Assembly (NCBI RefSeq): GCF_014656395.1
Contig: NZ_BNCI01000001.1
Location: 925,893-965,892, forward strand
DNA length: 40,000 nt
DNA from: Kordiimonas sediminis
GTDB taxonomy: Bacteria; Pseudomonadota; Alphaproteobacteria; Sphingomonadales; Kordiimonadaceae
Reading direction: 5' to 3'
The translations under genes and the position numbers were made by a program. Below are positions 35,154-40,000 of this stretch, piece after piece (position 1 is the stretch's first letter; each line of letters opens with the position of its first letter). The notes beneath the pieces were generated by a model, which worked only from the letters and a program-made list of their open reading frames with translations, had not been told where the DNA came from and ran no database searches.

Positions 35154-35525
35154 TTATTGGACTGGTGTTTTATAGCGACCCGGCATTATACTATCGAGGT
35201 CTTTTGTCTTGGCACCTTTTAATTCGAATGGTACTTGAATTTTTGTCTCAGTTTCGCTGAACTCCCCTAATGCAACGTCTACATTTCCGCGTCCAACAGG
35301 TTGGTTTTTGGCTACGGTCCAACTATGAGTATCGCTACTTCTTGTATACCCTAAAACCTCAACGAGAATTCGCTGTATGAATACGTCATCGTTCTGAATT
35401 TCACTATCGTATCTTCCAAGTGATAAATTAGTAGCCCACGCCTTAAGTATCTCAGCATGGTTTTCAGGCACTTCATTAATATGTTGTGCGTGTTTCTCAA
35501 CAATTCTTGGATGGAGTAATGCCAT
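35154..35525 (-). CDS. Type IIG enzyme, N-terminal fragment carrying the PD-(D/E)xK nuclease motif
   Basis: GNVDVAL...(19 aa)...PFELKGAK (D...ExK). Ends at TAA 35154-35156, in the same frame as the 32388..35138 ORF. Confidence 0.7.
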   Translation of the reverse strand: MALLHPRIVEKHAQHINEVPENHAEILKAWATNLSLGRYDSEIQNDDVFIQRILVEVLGYTRSSDTHSWTVAKNQPVGRGNVDVALGEFSETETKIQVPFELKGAKTKDLDSIMPGRYKTPVQ

Positions 35526-35657
35526 AAAGAAAATTCAACCAATACTATTGATGGATTTTATTGATTGAACGGTAGCCTACAACATTAATGTTCTCAACTC
35601 TTAATGGATATTATAATTCTAAGACGAAAAGCTCCCCCAACGTTTTAGGAGAGCCAT

Positions 35658-35686
35658 TTATTTTTTGTAAGATATCACTATACCCC
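35658..35686. repeat. Right terminal inverted repeat
   Basis: TTATTTTTTGTAAGATATCACTATACCCC, the inverted partner of 25904-25932. Confidence 0.85.
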
Positions 35687-35703
35687 CCCCGCTAGTGCAG
35701 GGG
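35687..35703. repeat. Right copy of target-site duplication CCCCGCTAGTGCAGGGG
   Basis: Identical to 25887-25903. Confidence 0.75.
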
Positions 35704-35727
35704 CTTTTCTTAATTCTGGAGATCAGA

Positions 35728-37359
35728 CTAGCCGAGTTTTTTCGGCGCAGTCGCTTTTACCGAATCGTCAACATGTGATTCGAACTTTTCAAAGTTCGCA
35801 ACAAACAGTCCAGCCAGGTGATCTGCTTTTGCGTCGTATGCATCTTTGTCCGCCCATGTTTCGCGCGGCGTCAGAATTGCAGAATCAACACCGGCGATCG
35901 CTGTTGGTACTTCAAAGCCGAATCGCTCATCAACACGCATGGATACGTCATTCAGGCTACCGTCCAGCGCAGCATGAAGCATCGCGCGGGTCTGCTTGAT
36001 AGGCATCCGGTGTCCTGTGCCGTACTCGCCGCCGGTCCAGCCAGTGTTAACAAGCCAGCATCTTACGTTACCTTCTGCGATTTTCTTGCGCAGCAGGTCA
36101 CCGTAAACAGCAGGGTGGCGCGGCATGAACGGGCCGCCAAAACATGCAGAGAAAGTCGCCTGCGGCTCTTTCACGCCAATCTCGGTACCCGCAACCTTGG
36201 CCGTGTAACCAGACAGGAAGTGATACATTGCCTGTTCCGGAGAAAGGCGGGAGATTGGAGGCAGGACACCAAAGGCATCAGCGGTAAGCATGATGATGTT
36301 TGTTGGCTTGCCGCCGCGGTTTTCCTCGGACGTGTTAGGAATAGACGTCAATGGATAGGCCGCGCGCGTGTTTTCTGCCAAACTATTGTCAAACAGGTCC
36401 AGTTCGCGGGTTGCTTCGTCCATCACCACATTTTCTACAACTGTCCCGAACATGTGGGTCGTTGCATAAATTTCCGGTTCTGCTTCGGCGCTGAGGTTGA
36501 TCAGCTTGGCGTAACAGCCGCCTTCGAAGTTGAAGACACTGTCATCAGACCAGCCGTGCTCGTCATCACCGATCAGGGTACGGCTGCTGTCCGCGGACAG
36601 GGTTGTCTTCCCGGTGCCAGACAGGCCAAAGAAGATCGCTACATCACCGTCCGGGCCGATGTTGGCGGAACAGTGCATTGGCATGACACCCTTTGGTGGC
36701 AGCAGATAATTGAGGATGGAGAAGACAGACTTCTTATTTTCACCGGCATATTCAGTGCCGCCGATAAGAACCAGTCCTTTGGAGAAGTTCACCGCGATAA
36801 TTGTTTCAGAACGGCAACCCATTGTTTCAGGATCAGCGCGGAAACTTGGCAGGTTAATGATTGTGAACTGCGGTGCCATATCCGCCATTTCACCGGCTTC
36901 CGGTTCGATCAGCATAGTCCGGCAAAACAGGCTGTGCCATGCATATTCGCCGACTGTCCGTACCGCAATACGGTGGGTAGGATCGCTACCGCCCCAAAGG
37001 TCCTGAATGAACAGTTCCTTGTCTTTCATATGATCCTGGAAAGCAGTGTAGATACGGTCAAAGTTTTCCGGTGTCATTGGGCGGTTAACATCGCCCCACC
37101 ATACAGTATCTTCAGTGGTTTCATCCCGAACTGTAAATTTGTCATTCGCAGAGCGACCGGTATGCTTGCCTGTTTTTACAACAAGTGGACCGTCTTTTGC
37201 GAGAGAGCCTTCGCCGCGGCGGATGGCTTCTTCATACAGTTGTTCGGTGGTCAAGTTCCAATATTGGTTGCCAGTCTTCGTGATGCCCTGAGCATCCAAG
37301 TCGACTTTACTATGGCGGGAGCCGTATACTTGCACGGTAATTGTCTCCGTTGCTATCAC
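35728..37359 (-). CDS. pckA: Phosphoenolpyruvate carboxykinase (ATP)
   Basis: [14 protein letters not shown], the kinase-1a loop [11 protein letters not shown], and overall PckA length. The start is GTG 37359, or GTG 37335 (GGAGA upstream). Confidence 0.95.
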   Translation of the reverse strand: MIATETITVQVYGSRHSKVDLDAQGITKTGNQYWNLTTEQLYEEAIRRGEGSLAKDGPLVVKTGKHTGRSANDKFTVRDETTEDTVWWGDVNRPMTPENFDRIYTAFQDHMKDKELFIQDLWGGSDPTHRIAVRTVGEYAWHSLFCRTMLIEPEAGEMADMAPQFTIINLPSFRADPETMGCRSETIIAVNFSKGLVLIGGTEYAGENKKSVFSILNYLLPPKGVMPMHCSANIGPDGDVAIFFGLSGTGKTTLSADSSRTLIGDDEHGWSDDSVFNFEGGCYAKLINLSAEAEPEIYATTHMFGTVVENVVMDEATRELDLFDNSLAENTRAAYPLTSIPNTSEENRGGKPTNIIMLTADAFGVLPPISRLSPEQAMYHFLSGYTAKVAGTEIGVKEPQATFSACFGGPFMPRHPAVYGDLLRKKIAEGNVRCWLVNTGWTGGEYGTGHRMPIKQTRAMLHAALDGSLNDVSMRVDERFGFEVPTAIAGVDSAILTPRETWADKDAYDAKADHLAGLFVANFEKFESHVDDSVKATAPKKLG

Positions 37360-37650
37360 GCTACTGGAGCGTGGTTAGTGGATAAATTCTGTGTTCCGGG
37401 GGGCGACGCGCGTTCCCGGTGTTTGTCCCTTTCTGGGGAATGGTATTATTGCCAGCCTTCAGACAGGTGGCTTAAAATTGCTGAATTTAATTTGAAAATC
37501 AACCTGTTTCTGGTCATGGGTGGGGACAATTGGTATTATGCCATTTCATGGTCGTGTCTCTGTCACTTTTTTGTCGTATTCTTTTTTCAATCTCATTTGT
37601 GGTAAGCTACACATATTACTGAATTAATTGATGTATCAGCGAGGAATTTC

Positions 37651-38373
37651 ATGACAGCAACTATTGCCCTGGTAGACGACGACAGAAATATTCTGACGTC
37701 TGTGACAATCGCGCTTGAAGCAGAAGGGTACCTTGTTCGGACTTACCCGGACGGCCAGAAGGCATGGGATGCATTAAGCAAAAAACCCGCTGATCTGGCA
37801 GTGCTGGACATTAAAATGCCGCGCATGGACGGTATGGAATTGTTGCGTCGCCTTCGGGAGCAAAGCGATATGCCAGTTATTTTCCTGACGTCAAAAGACG
37901 AGGAAATTGACCAGTTGCTGGGGCTTCGCATGGGGGCGGATGACTATATTGGCAAGCCTTTCTCCCAGCGATTGTTGATCGAGCGAATCAGAGCGCTCTT
38001 GCGCCGGGTGGAGATGTCCAAGGCCCGCGATGAAGGTCCGCAGGAAGTGGCCGAAGAAGATGAGGTGATGATTCGCGGTCATCTGCAGCTTGATCCTGTG
38101 CGTCATACAGTTACCTGGAAAGGTAAGGATGTGACACTAACGGTGACGGAATTTTTGATATTGCAAACACTTGCACAGCACCCTGGCCACGTGAAAAGCC
38201 GTGATCAGTTAATGGATGCCGCTTATTCAGATGATGTTTATGTGGACGACAGAACCATAGACAGCCATATTAAACGCCTGCGCCGTAAATTCAGAAGCGC
38301 GGATGATGATTTTGCTGCAATTGAAACACTTTACGGTGTTGGGTATCGCTACAGAGACATGGGTGGTGACTGA
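37651..38373 (+). CDS. chvI: OmpR-family response regulator ChvI
   Basis: Receiver domain (ALVDDD...[13 protein letters not shown]) plus a winged-helix output ([12 protein letters not shown]...LYGVGYRY). Divergent from pckA and followed by a sensor kinase, the ChvI-ChvG arrangement known in Alphaproteobacteria. Confidence 0.85.
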   Translation: MTATIALVDDDRNILTSVTIALEAEGYLVRTYPDGQKAWDALSKKPADLAVLDIKMPRMDGMELLRRLREQSDMPVIFLTSKDEEIDQLLGLRMGADDYIGKPFSQRLLIERIRALLRRVEMSKARDEGPQEVAEEDEVMIRGHLQLDPVRHTVTWKGKDVTLTVTEFLILQTLAQHPGHVKSRDQLMDAAYSDDVYVDDRTIDSHIKRLRRKFRSADDDFAAIETLYGVGYRYRDMGGD

Positions 38374-39997
38374 GACGTCAAAGAGCACACGCGGATATGA
38401 TGAAGGGGCAAGACAGGCTCCCTTGAGACTATTGTCCCCTTTGATGTTCCGAATATTGGCTGTGAATGCCATGGCGCTCCTGATTTTGGTCGGGGGCGTT
38501 TTATATCTTGGACAGTTCCGGGATAACCTTATTGCGCAGCGGGTCGAATCGTTACAGGTGCAGGCAGAAATCATTGCCGGTGCACTTGGGGAAACCACAC
38601 CCGAGGGGCCCGAGGCAACGGATATTGATATTGCGCTGGCCCGGCCCATTATTACCCGTCTGGTCGGGCCTACGGAAAATCGTGCCCGCCTTTTCTCGGT
38701 CAGTGGCACCATGGTCGCAGACAGCAGATTGTTGGCAGGGCATAAACGTGTTGTAGCAGAACCACTGCAGACTCCTATGTCAGAACGCCCCTTTGGCGAA
38801 CAAATCCAGAATTATATCTACGAGTTTCTGGATATGTTTACCCGGCGCCCTGAAATGCCGCCAAATGTGGACAAACCTGGCATGCGGGCTGTTGATTTTC
38901 TCGAAGTGGCCACTGCGCTTGAAGGCGAGGCTATGACCCAATTACGCGTGCGGGATGACGGTCGGGCGGTTATCAATGTCGCTGTACCCATCCAGCGGTT
39001 TCGCCGTGTATTGGGTGCTTTGTTGCTGACGGCCCAGACCGAAGATATTGAAGCGGTTGTCCGTGCCGAGCAAATGTCGACAGTGAAGATCTTTGCGGCG
39101 GCGATGGCGGTGACCATGCTCCTGTCTTTCTTTCTTGGCAGAACTATTGTGCGGCCGATTGGTATTCTTGCGCGGGCAGCAGAGCGTGTCCGGCGCGGTA
39201 TCGGGCGCGAGGAAAGCCTGCCAGAATTCTCGGAACGTAATGACGAGATCGGCGATTTGTCCCGGTCTTTGTCGGAGATGACGACGGCACTTTATAATCA
39301 GATCGATGCTGTGGAACGATTTGCCGCCGATGTTGCGCACGAACTGAAAAACCCGTTATCGAGCATGCGCAGTGCTCTGGAGACCTTGCAGAATAGCGAC
39401 AGGCAGGATGTTCGGGATAAATTGATGCCAATTCTGGTTGAGGATGTGAAACGATTGGACCGGTTGATCACGGATATCTCGGATGCATCAAGACTGGATG
39501 CTGAATTGACCCGCGGTCAGATGGACCCCATTGATCTTGGTATTATGATTGCCATGCTGGTGGACGGCTACAAAACGATTGATCTACCAGAGGGCCGTTC
39601 TGTGACGTGTGAAGACTTTGAAGCCGGTGTATATATGGTGCAGGGGATTGACGGCCGTCTGGGACAGGTCTGGCGAAATTTGATTGATAACGCGCTCAGT
39701 TTCAGCCCGCAGAACGGAACAGTAACTATCACGCTTGCTAAAGACGGCAAATATATTGTGACGGAAGTCACAGATCAGGGCATTGGTATTCCTGAAGGTG
39801 CCGAAGAGAAAATATTCAGACGCTTTTATTCGGAAAGACCGGAACAGGAAGCTTTTGGCGGTCACTCTGGTCTTGGTCTCGCTATTTCCAAGCAGGTTGT
39901 GGAGGCCCACGGCGGGTCTGTTACGGCCAGTAACGTCCTGAATGATGATGGCGCGGTCTGCGGGGCATGTTTCCGAGTTCGCTTGCCGGCGCTTTAG
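38363..39997 (+). CDS. chvG: Sensor histidine kinase ChvG/ExoS
   Basis: Two TM segments flank a periplasmic region. HAMP domain, H-box [15 protein letters not shown], ATPase boxes DNALSF and [16 protein letters not shown]. The start is uncertain (GTG 38363/38366 overlaps the chvI stop; the listed start 38303 lies inside chvI). Confidence 0.85.
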   Translation: MVTETSKSTRGYDEGARQAPLRLLSPLMFRILAVNAMALLILVGGVLYLGQFRDNLIAQRVESLQVQAEIIAGALGETTPEGPEATDIDIALARPIITRLVGPTENRARLFSVSGTMVADSRLLAGHKRVVAEPLQTPMSERPFGEQIQNYIYEFLDMFTRRPEMPPNVDKPGMRAVDFLEVATALEGEAMTQLRVRDDGRAVINVAVPIQRFRRVLGALLLTAQTEDIEAVVRAEQMSTVKIFAAAMAVTMLLSFFLGRTIVRPIGILARAAERVRRGIGREESLPEFSERNDEIGDLSRSLSEMTTALYNQIDAVERFAADVAHELKNPLSSMRSALETLQNSDRQDVRDKLMPILVEDVKRLDRLITDISDASRLDAELTRGQMDPIDLGIMIAMLVDGYKTIDLPEGRSVTCEDFEAGVYMVQGIDGRLGQVWRNLIDNALSFSPQNGTVTITLAKDGKYIVTEVTDQGIGIPEGAEEKIFRRFYSERPEQEAFGGHSGLGLAISKQVVEAHGGSVTASNVLNDDGAVCGACFRVRLPAL

Positions 39998-40000
39998 GGG

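Larger units (their letters stand above)
32388..35525 (-). pseudogene. Type IIG R-M gene interrupted by a single in-frame TAA
   Basis: The minus strand reads ...ACT CCA GTC CAA TAA GCA TGG GAA TAT GCA ATG GAC... = TPVQ*AWEYAMD. The stop lies in a (V)QQAW(E)YA-type linker that I recall as conserved between the nuclease motif and the WV.VSN..E.RLY block. Confidence 0.6.
25904..35686. mobile_element. Casposon-like element (Cas1 + family-B DNA polymerase + HNH + HTH + cargo), ~9.8 kb
   Basis: Bounded by 29-bp TIRs and a flanking direct repeat. Removing it restores a terminator hairpin. Contents are listed below. No integrase or DDE transposase. Confidence 0.85.

Noticed and set aside
25904-35686. 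Possibility that the Cas1 gene marks a CRISPR-Cas adaptation module
   Set aside because: I found no array of short direct repeats, no cas2 and no effector cas genes in the island or the rest of the window. Instead Cas1 is linked to PolB/HNH and enclosed by TIRs.
25850-35728. Island interpreted as an integrase-mediated genomic island, prophage or pipolin at a tRNA gene
   Set aside because: I recognised no tRNA gene at either edge, no tyrosine/serine recombinase and no phage structural genes. The boundaries are inverted repeats plus a short duplication, which is a transposon-type signature.
35818-37605. 595-codon plus-strand ORF, the second-longest non-island ORF in the track
   Set aside because: It lies antisense to pckA, whose minus-strand product has unmistakable PEP carboxykinase motifs. 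The plus-strand product is Arg/Cys-rich with no recognisable motifs, typical of a shadow ORF.

Overview
The window looks like a chromosomal segment of an alphaproteobacterium, roughly 50% G+C by eye. pckA lies divergent from chvI-chvG. Other host genes are pnp, lepA, sufE, a sigma-54 pspF/pspABC envelope-stress module, and assorted transport, hydrolase and redox genes, many separated by clean GC-stem/T-run terminators.

The outstanding feature is a discrete ~9.8-kb insertion (25904-35686) inside what was a two-way terminator between a tandem-GNAT gene and pckA.
- It has 29-bp terminal inverted repeats and a 17-bp target-site duplication (true length ambiguous, 13-18 bp).
- It encodes a stand-alone Cas1 homologue with an intact E/H/D triad.
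- It encodes a family-B DNA polymerase with all Exo and Pol motifs and a layout like protein-primed polymerases.
- It also encodes an HNH nuclease and an HTH protein. Together these are the hallmark set of a casposon (Cas1-based self-synthesizing transposon).
- AT-rich cargo includes a type IIG restriction-modification gene interrupted by one in-frame TAA, plus two uncharacterised ORFs.

I saw no CRISPR array, cas2, tRNA, rRNA, integrase or DDE transposase in the window.

Secondary observations:
- An alpha-carbonic-anhydrase homologue has all three zinc-ligand histidines substituted.
- A sigma-54 promoter lies ~420 nt upstream of pspA, with an unlisted 56-codon ORF in the leader.
- A MerR-type promoter with a 19-bp spacer appears to drive a leaderless mRNA.
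- A Sel1/prolyl-4-hydroxylase fusion gene sits directly downstream of lepA.

All family assignments come from reading motifs by eye. No database search was possible.
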